Shown piece by piece: positions 39,409 through 48,577 of a stretch of DNA of 64,000 bases; the stretch's first letter is position 1, and every line of letters starts with the position of its first letter. Below the pieces are notes generated by a model. That model was not told where the DNA came from and did not search any database. It worked only from the letters and a program-made list of their open reading frames with translations. This DNA comes from an uncultured bacterium (lineage in GTDB: Bacteria; Krumholzibacteriota; Krumholzibacteriia; LZORAL124-64-63). The stretch is from positions 46,906 to 110,905 of the forward strand of contig CAVSGO010000006.1 in assembly GCA_963727525.1 (NCBI GenBank), given 5' to 3'. Made by a program: the position numbers and the translations under genes.

Positions 39409-40086
39409 TCAGCCGGCGGCCAGCATCGCGCGCAACACCGTCTCGCGCTCGAGGATGATGCGGCCGCGGGCCAGCTTTACCGCGCGGGCGCGCTCGAAGT
39501 CCTTCAGCAGACGACTGATGACCTCGCGGGCCGAGCCGAGATCGGCCGCGATGCGTTCGTGGGTCACCGCCAGTTCGCGCACGGGTTCGCCATCGCCGAA
39601 GAAGCGCTTGCCGAGATACTCTGCGAGGCGGCGATCCATGCGCTTGAACGCCACCTCCTCCACCAGGGACATGATGCCCGCGATGTGCGTGGAGAGCAGC
39701 GTGAACACGTACGTACGCAGCACCGGGTTGAGGTCGATCCAGCGCCGGAAATCGGGACCGCGGAATGCCACGGCCTGCACGTCCTCCTCGACGACGGCCG
39801 ACGCCGGACACGGCTCGCCTGACAGGAGGCACGACAGGTTGAGCAGGCACACCTCGCCGGCCTGGACGTGGTAGAGGGTGATCTCGCGTCCGGTGTCACC
39901 CAGCTTGTAGACACGCAGCTTCCCCTGACCGACCAGGGCGATCACCTCGGAATGCCGTCCCTCGGAGGCGTAGTGCGTGCCCCGTTTGAGTTCGGTGCGG
40001 ACGCCGACCGCGAGCATCTCCTTCTGGAACGCCGGGTCGCAATCGCGGAAGAATGGGTAGTGCTCGAGGATCCGTCGCTTGTCCAT
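39409..40086 (-). CDS. Crp/Fnr-family transcriptional regulator (no N-terminal Fnr-type Cys cluster evident)
   Basis: cNMP-binding beta-roll (GQGKLRVYKLGDTGREITLYHVQAGEV) and C-terminal HTH (RIAADLGSAREVISRLLKDFERARAV). Confidence 0.8.
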   Translation of the reverse strand: MDKRRILEHYPFFRDCDPAFQKEMLAVGVRTELKRGTHYASEGRHSEVIALVGQGKLRVYKLGDTGREITLYHVQAGEVCLLNLSCLLSGEPCPASAVVEEDVQAVAFRGPDFRRWIDLNPVLRTYVFTLLSTHIAGIMSLVEEVAFKRMDRRLAEYLGKRFFGDGEPVRELAVTHERIAADLGSAREVISRLLKDFERARAVKLARGRIILERETVLRAMLAAG

Positions 40087-40300
40087 GGGCGTCGCTTTCG
40101 CATGGGCGTGAGGGGCGGCGGTCCCGGCGCTGTCGGCGGGCTGCAGGACGCAACCTGCGGTACCAACGGGTCGCGCCGGAATGAAGATATTCTATGTCAC
40201 GATTTGCGTTCCGGCAACGTACCTGGCGTGAGTGACCGGGATCACAGACGTCAGTCGCACCGATCCTGATCATGAAGACACCGGAGGTCGGAGGTGCCGT

Positions 40301-41413
40301 CTAATCTGGGTGGGGCGGACGGCGCTTCCGATCGTCCGGATCGAGATCCCCATCGTCCGTGAAGATACGCAGGTCCCGCGGGGCGACATACATGACGTCG
40401 CCGGCGACCACGTTCAGCTCCTGGAATCGCTCCGGCGCGACCGCGGCCTCGAACTGCTCGCCGGTCGGTGTCCGCAATGCGAGCCTCACCGTAGGCCCCG
40501 CCGCGTGGACCGCCATGACCTCGGCCCGCAGGCTCGGGACCATTGGGGGGTGCCTTTCCAGGGTCAGTTCGTGCGGCCTGATGAAGACACGCACCGCGCT
40601 CGCGGATCGCGCCTGGTGAGCCGGCGCGTCCAGCACGACACTCGCGAACATCACCTTGCCGTCGGCCACGCGACCCCGGAACACGTTGACGTCTCCAAGG
40701 AAGTTCATCACGAATTCCGTCGCCGGTTCGTGGAATACAGCGTCGGGCTTCCCGACCTGTTCGATGTGGCCCTCGTTCATCACGACGATGCGATCGGCCA
40801 CCTCGAGGGCTTCGTCCTGGTCGTGGGTGACGAAGACGCTGGTGACGTGGATATGTTCGTGCAACTGTCGCAACCAGATGCGAAGCTGCTTGCGCACGCG
40901 TGCGTCGAGCGCGCCGAAGGGTTCGTCGAGCAGCAGCACGCGCGGCTCCACGGCGAGCGCCCGCGCCAGGGCCACCCGCTGGCGCTGGCCTCCGGAGAGC
41001 TGAGCCGGGAAACGATCGGCCATGGGTTCGAGCTGAACGAGTTGTAACAACTCCTGCACGCGCGCCGCGATCGCGCGGCGCGAGGGCCGTTCGCCTCGTG
41101 GCCTCACTCGCAGGCCGAAGGCCACGTTCTCGAACACCGTCAGGTGCCGGAACAGCGCGTAATGCTGGAACACGAATCCCACGCGGCGCTCCTGCACGCG
41201 CCGCCCGGCGACGTCCTGATCGTGGAAACGGACGGGACCGCTGCCGGCATCGGGAAGCTCGAGGCCGGCGATGATACGCAGCAACGTGGTCTTGCCGGAG
41301 CCGGAGGGTCCGAGCAACGCGGTGAGCTCGCCGGCCGGCAGGGTGACGCTCACGTTGCGCAACGCCGTGAACGTGCCATAGGTCTTGCTGACGTGTTCGA
41401 TGGTGATGCCCAT
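40301..41413 (-). CDS. cysA: Sulfate/thiosulfate ABC transporter ATP-binding protein
   Basis: Start trimmed to ATG 41413 ([13 protein letters not shown]). Walker [10 protein letters not shown], signature [15 protein letters not shown], Walker B LLLDEP, C-terminal TOBE-like domain. Confidence 0.85.
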   Translation of the reverse strand: MGITIEHVSKTYGTFTALRNVSVTLPAGELTALLGPSGSGKTTLLRIIAGLELPDAGSGPVRFHDQDVAGRRVQERRVGFVFQHYALFRHLTVFENVAFGLRVRPRGERPSRRAIAARVQELLQLVQLEPMADRFPAQLSGGQRQRVALARALAVEPRVLLLDEPFGALDARVRKQLRIWLRQLHEHIHVTSVFVTHDQDEALEVADRIVVMNEGHIEQVGKPDAVFHEPATEFVMNFLGDVNVFRGRVADGKVMFASVVLDAPAHQARSASAVRVFIRPHELTLERHPPMVPSLRAEVMAVHAAGPTVRLALRTPTGEQFEAAVAPERFQELNVVAGDVMYVAPRDLRIFTDDGDLDPDDRKRRPPHPD

Positions 41414-41414
41414 G

Positions 41415-42296
41415 TCATGCGACCTCCGTCGCGCCATCGTGGCTGTGGACCTGCGCGGCTTGCGGTTCACCGGTCTGCTGTTCCATCAGCGCCCTGGCGG
41501 CCAGCGTCGCCAGAGCCAGGAGCGCGAGGAGCGAAGCTGCCGCGAAGGCGGCGACGAAGTTGTACTCGTTGTAGAGGATTTCTACCTGAAGCGGCAGCGT
41601 AATGGTCTTGCCGCGAATGTGGCCGGAGACCACCGAGACCGCTCCGAACTCGCCCATGGCGCGCGCATTGCAGAGAATCACGCCATAGAGCAGGGCCCAC
41701 TTCACGTTGGGAATGGTCACCCGCCACAGCGTTTGCCAGCCCGAGGCTCCGAGCGTGAGCGCGGCTTCCTCGTCGTCGGTGCCCTGGGCCGCCATGAGCG
41801 GGATCAGCTCGCGTGCCACGTATGGCAGCGTCACGAAGACCGTCGCCATCACGATGCCGGGCACCGCAAAGATCACCTGCAGATCGTGCGCGGCCAGCCA
41901 CGGGCCCAACCAGCCATGAAGGCCGTACACCAGCACGTAGACGAGGCCCGAGATCACGGGCGAGATGGCTAGCGGCAGGTCGATCAAGGTCGTCAGCACG
42001 GTCTTGCCGCGGAACTCGAACTTGGCGACGGCCCACGCCGCCGCGAGGCCGAACACCAGGTTCACGGGCACGGCGATCGCCGCGACGAACAGCGTGAGTC
42101 GGATCGCGGCGCGTACGGCCGGGTCGCCGAAGCTCGCCACGTAGGCGCGCGCACCGCGACGCAGGGCCTCGGCGAAGACGGCGGCCAGGGGCGCCAGCAG
42201 GAAGACCGCGAGAATCACCAGCGTTGCCGCCAGGGCCAGCCGGCGCGCCCAGCGAGGATCGGCGATGGCGACGCGCGGCGTCGATGCAACGGGCAT
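41415..42296 (-). CDS. cysW: Sulfate ABC transporter permease
   Basis: Start trimmed to ATG 42296 (MPVASTPRV...). Permease EAA-like loop [16 protein letters not shown]. The upstream 230 codons of ORF 41415..42998 are antisense/read-through junk. Confidence 0.8.
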   Translation of the reverse strand: MPVASTPRVAIADPRWARRLALAATLVILAVFLLAPLAAVFAEALRRGARAYVASFGDPAVRAAIRLTLFVAAIAVPVNLVFGLAAAWAVAKFEFRGKTVLTTLIDLPLAISPVISGLVYVLVYGLHGWLGPWLAAHDLQVIFAVPGIVMATVFVTLPYVARELIPLMAAQGTDDEEAALTLGASGWQTLWRVTIPNVKWALLYGVILCNARAMGEFGAVSVVSGHIRGKTITLPLQVEILYNEYNFVAAFAAASLLALLALATLAARALMEQQTGEPQAAQVHSHDGATEVA

Positions 42297-42298
42297 GA

Positions 42299-43132
42299 TC
42301 AGACTCTCCCGCGCCGGGCCCAGCGCTGTAGCAGATTGATCGTCAGCAACAGGCCGAACGAGACGGCAAGCAGCGCCACCGCGATCGCCGTGGCGCCCGC
42401 CTCGTCGTACTGCTCGAGCTTGGTCACGATCAGGAGCGGCGCGATCTCGGTACGCATGGGAAGATTGCCGCTGATGAAGACCACGGAACCGTACTCGCCG
42501 AGCGCCCGTGCCAGGGCCAGACCGAAGCCGGTGAGCACGGCCGGCGCAAGGCCGGGCAGTACGACATATCGCAGGGTCTGTCGACGCCGCGCGCCGAGGC
42601 TGGCGGCGGCCTCCTCCATTTCGGGATCGAGGTCCGCCACGGCAGGCTGGAGTGTCCGAACGACGAAAGGTAGACCAACGAAGGCGAGCGCGATCACCAC
42701 GCCCAGGGGCGAGAACGCTGCTCGGATGCCCACATGTGCCAGCAAGCCGCCGAGCCAGCCCGTGGGAGCATAGATGGTTGTGAGTGCGATCCCGGACACT
42801 GCCGTGGGCAGGGCGAAGGGCAGGTCGATGAGGGCGTCGAGGATCCGTTGGCCGGGAAAGCGATATCGCACGAGCGCCCACGCCACCACCGTACCGCACA
42901 GCGTGTCGACGAATGCGGCGATCAGGGCGCTGCCGATGCTGAGCCGGCACGCCGCGACGACCCGCGGCGCGGTCACGATGTCCCAGAATCCGGTCCAACC
43001 AAACGTCGCGGAGCGCAGAACCAGCGCCGCCAGCGGCACGAGGGCCACGACCGAGAGCGTGAACAGCGTGACACCGAGCGTCAGCTCGAAGCCGGGAAGC
43101 ACCGTATGCTTGCGCGCCAGGAGGGCCATCAT
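42299..43132 (-). CDS. cysT: Sulfate ABC transporter permease
   Basis: MMALLARKHTVLPGFELTLGVTLFTLSVVALVP... ; EAA-like loop SLGARRRQTLRYVVLP; six-TM profile. Confidence 0.8.
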   Translation of the reverse strand: MMALLARKHTVLPGFELTLGVTLFTLSVVALVPLAALVLRSATFGWTGFWDIVTAPRVVAACRLSIGSALIAAFVDTLCGTVVAWALVRYRFPGQRILDALIDLPFALPTAVSGIALTTIYAPTGWLGGLLAHVGIRAAFSPLGVVIALAFVGLPFVVRTLQPAVADLDPEMEEAAASLGARRRQTLRYVVLPGLAPAVLTGFGLALARALGEYGSVVFISGNLPMRTEIAPLLIVTKLEQYDEAGATAIAVALLAVSFGLLLTINLLQRWARRGRV

Positions 43133-43139
43133 GGTTGCC

Positions 43140-44226
43140 TCATCGCCGCGCGGCCATCATCGCATCGAAGACGCCGCCGTCGACGAAATGCGTCTGCTGC
43201 GCGACTGTCCAGCCACCGAAGACATCATCGACGCTCATGCGCTGCAACGCCGGGAAGCGCGCGAGATCGGCCGGGTCGGCATTCGTGGGATCGACCGGCC
43301 GGTAGTAATGCTTCGCTGCGAGCCGCTGAGCGACGGGCGAGTACAGCCACTGCAGGTAGGCCGTGGCCACCGCACGCGTGCCGTGCTTGTCGGCCCACGA
43401 ATCCACGAGGGCCACGGGCGGTTCCGCGAGGATGCTCACCGATGGCACGACGATGTCGACGCGGTCGGGGCCGAACTCGTTGACCGCGAGAAATGCCTCG
43501 TTCTCCCAGGTGAGGAGCACGTCGCCGATGCCGCGCGCCACGAATGTGCCGGTGGCGCCTCGAGCCCCCGAATCGAGCACCGGCACGTGGGCGTAGAGCG
43601 CGGCGACGAAGGCGCGCGCGCTGTCCTCGGCCGCGGCAACGGCGCCGGCGGCGGCCGTGTCGTGCAGCCGTGCGAGGTCGCCGAGCTGCCGCTGCAGCGC
43701 CGCCGCCCACGCGGCGAGGTAGATCCAGCGCGCACCCCCCGAGGTCTTGGGATTGGGGGTGATCACCGTCACGCCCGGCGCGAGCAGGTCTGCGCCAATC
43801 GTGGATGCCGCGGGGATTCCCCTTGCGCACCAGGAACACCACGGTCGAGGTGTACGGCGTGCTGCCGTTCGGTAGCCGCTGTCGCCAGTTCCCGGGCAAG
43901 GTGCCGGCATGTGAGGCGATCGCGTCGATATCGTGGGCCAGCGCCAGCGTCACGACGTCGGCTTCCAGCCCCTCGATCACGGCCCGCGCCTGGGCGCCGG
44001 AGCCGCCATGCGACATCGCGATCGTCACTGTCTGCCCGGTCTCCAGCCGCCAGTGCTCCGCGAACGTCGAGTTGACGTCCCTGTAGAATTCGCGGGTCGG
44101 ATCGTAGGAGACATTGAGCAGGGTGAGCGGCCTTTCCGATGCCGCGGCGGGCTCGCTCCGACGGCACCCGATCGGGAATGTCATGATGGCCAGCAGCGCC
44201 AGGATCATGAGGGATGCGCGGGACAT
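43140..44226 (-). pseudogene. sbp: Periplasmic sulfate/thiosulfate-binding protein (Sbp/CysP), split by a +1 frameshift near nt 43785-43803
   Basis: N-terminal part (ATG 44226, AGGAGG RBS, lipoprotein-like signal [21 protein letters not shown] ... [19 protein letters not shown]) lies in the ORF 43225..44364 frame. The C-terminal part ([29 protein letters not shown] ... LTWENEA ... FGGW) lies in the ORF 43140..43910 frame. Removing one base from tggCgcagacctg restores ...HDWADLLAPG.... Confidence 0.75.
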
Positions 44227-44263
44227 GTTGCCTCCTTCCGGTGGGTTCTCCAGCAGATAAGAG

Positions 44264-44278
44264 GCAAATGATGGGCCA
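44264..44278 (-). promoter_or_regulatory. Sigma-54-type promoter candidate TGGCCCatcatTTGC (GG-N10-GC) 38 nt upstream of sbp
   Basis: Minus-strand reading of 44278..44264 gives TGGCCC-N5-TTGC, which matches the TGGCAC-N5-TTGC consensus at the -24 GG, the -12 GC and the TTGC element. Confidence 0.45.
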
Positions 44279-44382
44279 ATCGCATGATGATATACAACTT
44301 GTTGCCGCACAATAAATAGCTTATTTAGTATGCCGTATACCGTGAAATGTGGTAGCTTTGCCATGAAATATCATGGTATGAT

Positions 44383-44400
44383 CCGTGATATATCACGGAG
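44383..44400. promoter_or_regulatory. Perfect 18-bp palindrome TCCGTGATATATCACGGA (with nearby CCATGA-aata-TCATGG, 44361-44376) in the divergent sbp / sigma-54-activator intergenic region; candidate activator (UAS) or autoregulatory site
   Basis: Seen directly. Lies about 105 bp upstream of the putative sigma-54 -24 element of sbp and abuts the RBS of the activator gene. Confidence 0.45.
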
Positions 44401-44410
44401 GAGGCCTGCC

Positions 44411-45976
44411 ATGGCGACCGATTCCTGGCTGCTCGACGTCTGGCGAGAAGCCTGCCAGCATCTTGACCTCGGCGAGCTGATCGCGCGGCTCGCCCCGCTC
44501 GTCAAATGCCGCTGGCCCGTGAGCGCGGTCGCCGTGGCGCGCCAGTCGCCCGACGCCAAGGTGATGGAACTTGTCGGCCCGCTTGGCGACGGCGACGTCG
44601 CGGCGGACCAGCGCCGCGAGCTGACGTCTGCCGATTCCCGCTTGCTCGGCGCCTGGCTTGCACAGGGGCAGACGGAGATCATCGCGAACGACGGCCGGGT
44701 GCCGTCCGGTGTGGCCACGCTTCTGCCCGCTGCGTACACCCGGGCCGGTACCGTCATCGCGCCGCTCACCTCGTCCGATGAGGCGCGCGGGCTACTCGTG
44801 GTCGTACCCGCGGATTCCGAGGCGCCGCACGGGGTGCTTCCGGCTGTCGAGCAGCTGCGGGCTCCGCTCGCCGCAGCCCTGGCGAACGACCGTCGGTTGC
44901 GTGAGCTGGTGGATCTGCGCCGGGCTGCCGAAGCCGATCGGCGATCCTTGCTCACGCGTCTCGGCCGCGACGAGTTGCTCGAGACCATCGTCGGCGCCGA
45001 CGGCGGCCTGCGTGGTGTGATGGCACGCGTCGCCATGGTCGCGGCGTCGGACATACCGGTGCTGATCCTGGGCGAGACCGGTGCCGGCAAGGAGGTCGTG
45101 GCGCGCGCCGTGCACGCGCGGTCGCGACGCGCGCACGGGCCGTTCACGCGCGTGAACTGCGGTGCCATCCCGCCAGAGCTGGTGGATTCCGAACTCTTTG
45201 GCCACGAGAAGGGGAGCTTCACCGGCGCCATGTCCCGCCGCCGCGGCTGGTTCGAGCGCTCGGACCAGGGCACCCTGTTGCTCGACGAGGTCGGCGAACT
45301 GCCGAAAGCGGCGCAGGTGCGGTTGCTACGAGTGATCCAGGACGGCATGCTCCAGCGTGTGGGGGGGGAGTCGATGCTCCGGGTCGACGTGCGGATCATC
45401 GCAGCCACCCATGCCGATCTTGCCGCCATGGTGCAGCGCGGCGAGTTTCGCGAGGACCTGTGGTACCGGCTCGCTGTTTTTCCGCTGGTGTTGCCTCCCC
45501 TGCGTGAACGGACCGAGGATATTCCCGACCTCGTTGCCATGCTCGCGCGACGCGCCTCGCGACGATTCGGCCTCAGGCCGCAGCGACCGACGGCTGCCGA
45601 TCTCGCCCTGCTTGCGGCCTATCCGTGGCCGGGAAACGTCCGGGAACTGGGTTCGGTAATCGATCGTGCCGCCATCCTGGGCGATGGCAAGTGTCTGGAT
45701 ATCGCGAAGGCGCTCGGCAGCGGCGGTCCCGGCATGCACGCGGGGGCATGGGCGTCGTCGCCACGTGCGACGAGCGCGACGCCCGAGGCGCTCGCGTCGC
45801 TGGACGCGGCGATGGCTGCGCACATTCGCGCCGCCCTCATTGCCTGCGATGGTCGTATCGAGGGGGCGCAGGGCGCGGCCGTTCTCCTGTGCATCAACCC
45901 GCACACGCTGCGCGCGCGCATGCGAAAGCTCGGTCTCGAGTGGGCCCGATATCGGGTCCATCGATCCACAGGCTGA
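44411..45976 (+). CDS. Sigma-54-dependent transcriptional activator (bacterial enhancer-binding protein): N-terminal GAF-like sensor, AAA+ sigma-54 interaction domain, C-terminal HTH
   Basis: ATG 44411 with GGAGGAGG RBS. Walker A GETGAGKE, sigma-54 contact motif GSFTGA, RVDVRIIAATH, PWPGNVREL, C-terminal HTH (AQGAAVLLCINPHTLRARMRKLGL). Confidence 0.85.
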   Translation: MATDSWLLDVWREACQHLDLGELIARLAPLVKCRWPVSAVAVARQSPDAKVMELVGPLGDGDVAADQRRELTSADSRLLGAWLAQGQTEIIANDGRVPSGVATLLPAAYTRAGTVIAPLTSSDEARGLLVVVPADSEAPHGVLPAVEQLRAPLAAALANDRRLRELVDLRRAAEADRRSLLTRLGRDELLETIVGADGGLRGVMARVAMVAASDIPVLILGETGAGKEVVARAVHARSRRAHGPFTRVNCGAIPPELVDSELFGHEKGSFTGAMSRRRGWFERSDQGTLLLDEVGELPKAAQVRLLRVIQDGMLQRVGGESMLRVDVRIIAATHADLAAMVQRGEFREDLWYRLAVFPLVLPPLRERTEDIPDLVAMLARRASRRFGLRPQRPTAADLALLAAYPWPGNVRELGSVIDRAAILGDGKCLDIAKALGSGGPGMHAGAWASSPRATSATPEALASLDAAMAAHIRAALIACDGRIEGAQGAAVLLCINPHTLRARMRKLGLEWARYRVHRSTG

Positions 45977-46044
45977 ACTCCCATGTTTTTTGTAAGTGAT
46001 GTATGTCTTTATATTTACACGAATCGGCACATGCGATTTTATTT

Positions 46045-46058
46045 GTTAAATTTTTAAC
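46045..46058. promoter_or_regulatory. AT-rich palindrome GTTAAA-tt-TTTAAC within the AT-rich promoter island (45980-46124) upstream of the cytochrome-rnf gene string
   Basis: Perfect 6-bp arms with a 2-nt spacer. The island also contains TTTACA-N17-TTTTAT (46012-46040) as a possible sigma-70-like promoter. Confidence 0.25.
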
Positions 46059-46124
46059 CTATGACTAGGTTACATCACGAGCACGTTCCCTGAACACAGG
46101 CCGCACACGATGCGAGGTGGTCTC

Positions 46125-46598
46125 ATGACTTCTGACACGCCCTCCAATGGCGACCACTGGGAATGCATGGTCTGGGAGAAGCACCGGTACAATGACCGTA
46201 CTGTCATCAAATCCGGTTCCTATCTCCGCGCATCCTGTCCCTACTGCGCGGAATGTCTGATTGCCGAGGGCATGATCCGCCTCGCGTCCGTCTCGCGAGA
46301 CGGGCGCAAGGGCTGGGTGGAACTGAGTCCGTACCTCAACGTCTTCGAGCGGCGCAGCGACATCCACCTTTCCGAGACCGCCGACTTTTCGGACCTGGTC
46401 TGTCCCCACTGCCACCGCTCGCTCAGGGTCCCGGAGCGCAAGTGCGGACGCGGCGATGCGAGCGTCGCCGTGGTGATGGTGGGCATCTCCACGATCAACG
46501 TGCCCTTCTACTTCTGCATGCAGACGGGCTGCACATGGCACCTCATCGATCCAGAGGACGAGCACCGGATCATCCTGGACGACAGCCTGGAATGGTGA
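46125..46598 (+). CDS. Cys-rich hypothetical protein (paired CxxC zinc-ribbon-like motifs, including CPHCH) (157 aa)
   Basis: ATG 46125 with GAGGTGG RBS. CPYCAEC ... CPHCHRSL ... CMQTGC. No signal peptide. First gene after the AT-rich island. Confidence 0.6.
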   Translation: MTSDTPSNGDHWECMVWEKHRYNDRTVIKSGSYLRASCPYCAECLIAEGMIRLASVSRDGRKGWVELSPYLNVFERRSDIHLSETADFSDLVCPHCHRSLRVPERKCGRGDASVAVVMVGISTINVPFYFCMQTGCTWHLIDPEDEHRIILDDSLEW

Positions 46599-46602
46599 CG
46601 CG

Positions 46603-47256
46603 ATGCCCTTCGCTGGACGCGATGATCATGGTTCGCCGGTTCGCGGTCACGCTCGCAGCAATGCGGTGCTGATCGTCGTTGCGGTCGTGGCCGCCGCCGT
46701 CGCCGCCGGCGGATACTTGCGGGGGGCGCCGCCGCCGACGACTGATCGCATCTACCTGCGCAGCATCGGCGGCGCGGTTGTCTTCGGACATGCGGAGCAC
46801 CAGGCTCGGGTCGCAAGCTGCCTGCCCTGCCACCATGAACTGATCCTGGGCGATCCGATCGCCTGCGCCACGTGCCACGATGCGGATGTCACGTTCGATC
46901 TGGCGTCGCATGACGAACTCGTGCAGATCGATGGCCACACCTGCGACGGCTGTCACGCGAGCGCAGATGCCACGGGTGCGCGCAACTGCCGCGCCTGCCA
47001 TGCCTCTGAGGTCGAAGGCGCAACGAGCGTGCATGCCTGCAGCGATTGCCACGATGATGCGACATACGGGCCGGCGACGTTGCCGCACGCGAGTCTCGTG
47101 ACCATCGAAGGACACAGTTGCGATGGGTGCCACACACCTCGCGCCCTTGCAGAAGCGTACCACGCGACCTGCAACGGCTGTCACCTGCGAGCCGCCCCGC
47201 AGCGATTCGCTGCAGCCGATGGTGGCGCGACGTGCGCAGCGTGCCACCTGAAGTGA
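46603..47256 (+). CDS. Membrane-anchored octahaem c-type cytochrome (cytochrome c3-like) immediately upstream of rnfC
   Basis: N-terminal TM/signal-anchor AVLIVVAVVAAAVAAGG. Eight CxxCH motifs (CLPCH, CATCH, CDGCH, CRACH, CSDCH, CDGCH, CNGCH, CAACH) in 217 aa. Confidence 0.85.
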   Translation: MPFAGRDDHGSPVRGHARSNAVLIVVAVVAAAVAAGGYLRGAPPPTTDRIYLRSIGGAVVFGHAEHQARVASCLPCHHELILGDPIACATCHDADVTFDLASHDELVQIDGHTCDGCHASADATGARNCRACHASEVEGATSVHACSDCHDDATYGPATLPHASLVTIEGHSCDGCHTPRALAEAYHATCNGCHLRAAPQRFAAADGGATCAACHLK

Positions 47257-47272
47257 AACGCGGAGGTCGATC

Positions 47273-48577
47273 GTGAGCTTGCTCAACCTGTTCAAGACAC
47301 CCGCGGCTCGCGTCCCCCGCGTGGCGCTCGGGTCCACGGCGATCGTCGACCTGCCCGATCCCGACCACGTGGTGATCCCCCTCGAGTATCCCGGTCAGAT
47401 TCGCTTTCGACCCGCGGTCCAGGCCGGAGACTCCGTGGCGCGCGGGCAGGTGATCGGCCGTTCCGAACTGGGCAACTGCGTGCACGCCTCGATCAGCGGG
47501 CTGATCAAGGAGATCCGGACAATCTGGTCGGCTAGTGGCTACCACGTTCCGGCGGTCGTCATCACCCGCGGCGACGCACCCGCGCTCACACCCACCGAGT
47601 GCCTCGGACAGTGCGGGCTCGATCTGGCCTCGGCGACACGCATCGCATTGCTCAAAGCGGGCGGTGTGATTTCCCCGTGGACCACGCCGGGCCAGGACCA
47701 CCGAGAAGCGGACATCGGCGAGTTCCCGGACATCCAGCACATCGTCGTGAAGGGGCTGAACGAGGAGCCCACGATCGTAAATTTCGAGCTGCTCATGGTG
47801 GAGGGAGCCGGCAGGCTGAAGGACGCGTTGCAACGGCTGTGCGATTTCGTGCCCCGCGCCACGATATGGTTGACGGTGGCGCGCCGCCTCGAGCCGTGGG
47901 CGCGCGAGACCTTCGAGGACCTCGTACGCGTGGTGGGCCTCGCCGAGGAGTATCGCCATCGCATCGAGCGGATGGTGGTGCCGCGCGTGACGGGCGTGGC
48001 CATTGCGAATACCGAGGCGTTCCGGTCGCGCGGTGTCGCCGTGCTCTCCGTCGAACACCTGCTGACCGCGGCCGATGCGCTTGCCGGCAAGCCATTCACG
48101 CACAAGACGGCGACGATAGCCGGAGGCCTTCTGCGCGAGCCGGTGACCGTGCGCACACCGGTCGGAACGACGATCGGGACCTTGCTCGCGAGCCAGGGCA
48201 TGAGCGCCGCCGACTACGGTCGTCTGATCGTCGGCGGCCCGATGCGCGGCATGACGCAGTATACCGACGAGACGCCGTTGAGCAAGTTCCAGCACGGCGT
48301 ATTGGTGATGGCAGCGTCCGAGCTGCCGGCGGAGCTGAACCGTACCTGTGTGAACTGCGGCCGCTGCACGCGCGCCTGTCCCGTGCACCTGCAGGTGCAC
48401 CTCATCGGGCGTTGCGTGGAGTACAACCTGCTTGCCGAAGTGCCTTCGCGCCACCCAGAGGCCTGTCACGAGTGCGGGCTCTGCGCCTTCGTCTGTCCGG
48501 CTCATCGGCCCCTGGTGCAGATGATGAAGATCGCCAAGCGTGCGGGCGTGACCGAGACGAGCGAGGCGGTGGCATGA
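47273..48577 (+). CDS. rnfC: Rnf electron-transport complex subunit C
   Basis: GTG 47273 with GGAGG RBS. RnfC_N-like N-terminus, IVGGPMRG, C-terminal 2x[4Fe-4S] (CVNCGRCTRACP, CHECGLCAFVCP). Not evaluated: no canonical GGxGFP FMN/NADH motif was seen by eye. Confidence 0.8.
   Translation: MSLLNLFKTPAARVPRVALGSTAIVDLPDPDHVVIPLEYPGQIRFRPAVQAGDSVARGQVIGRSELGNCVHASISGLIKEIRTIWSASGYHVPAVVITRGDAPALTPTECLGQCGLDLASATRIALLKAGGVISPWTTPGQDHREADIGEFPDIQHIVVKGLNEEPTIVNFELLMVEGAGRLKDALQRLCDFVPRATIWLTVARRLEPWARETFEDLVRVVGLAEEYRHRIERMVVPRVTGVAIANTEAFRSRGVAVLSVEHLLTAADALAGKPFTHKTATIAGGLLREPVTVRTPVGTTIGTLLASQGMSAADYGRLIVGGPMRGMTQYTDETPLSKFQHGVLVMAASELPAELNRTCVNCGRCTRACPVHLQVHLIGRCVEYNLLAEVPSRHPEACHECGLCAFVCPAHRPLVQMMKIAKRAGVTETSEAVA

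Noticed and set aside
46021-46040. Possible sigma-54 promoter (cGGCACatgcgaTTTTat) upstream of the cytochrome-rnf string
   Set aside because: GG and GC/TTGC elements are not at the required GG-N10-GC spacing, and no TTGC is present. A sigma-70-like TTTACA-N17-TTTTAT is the better guess, but weak.
46889-48505. 538-aa minus-strand ORF
   Set aside because: Antisense to rnfC and the octahaem cytochrome.
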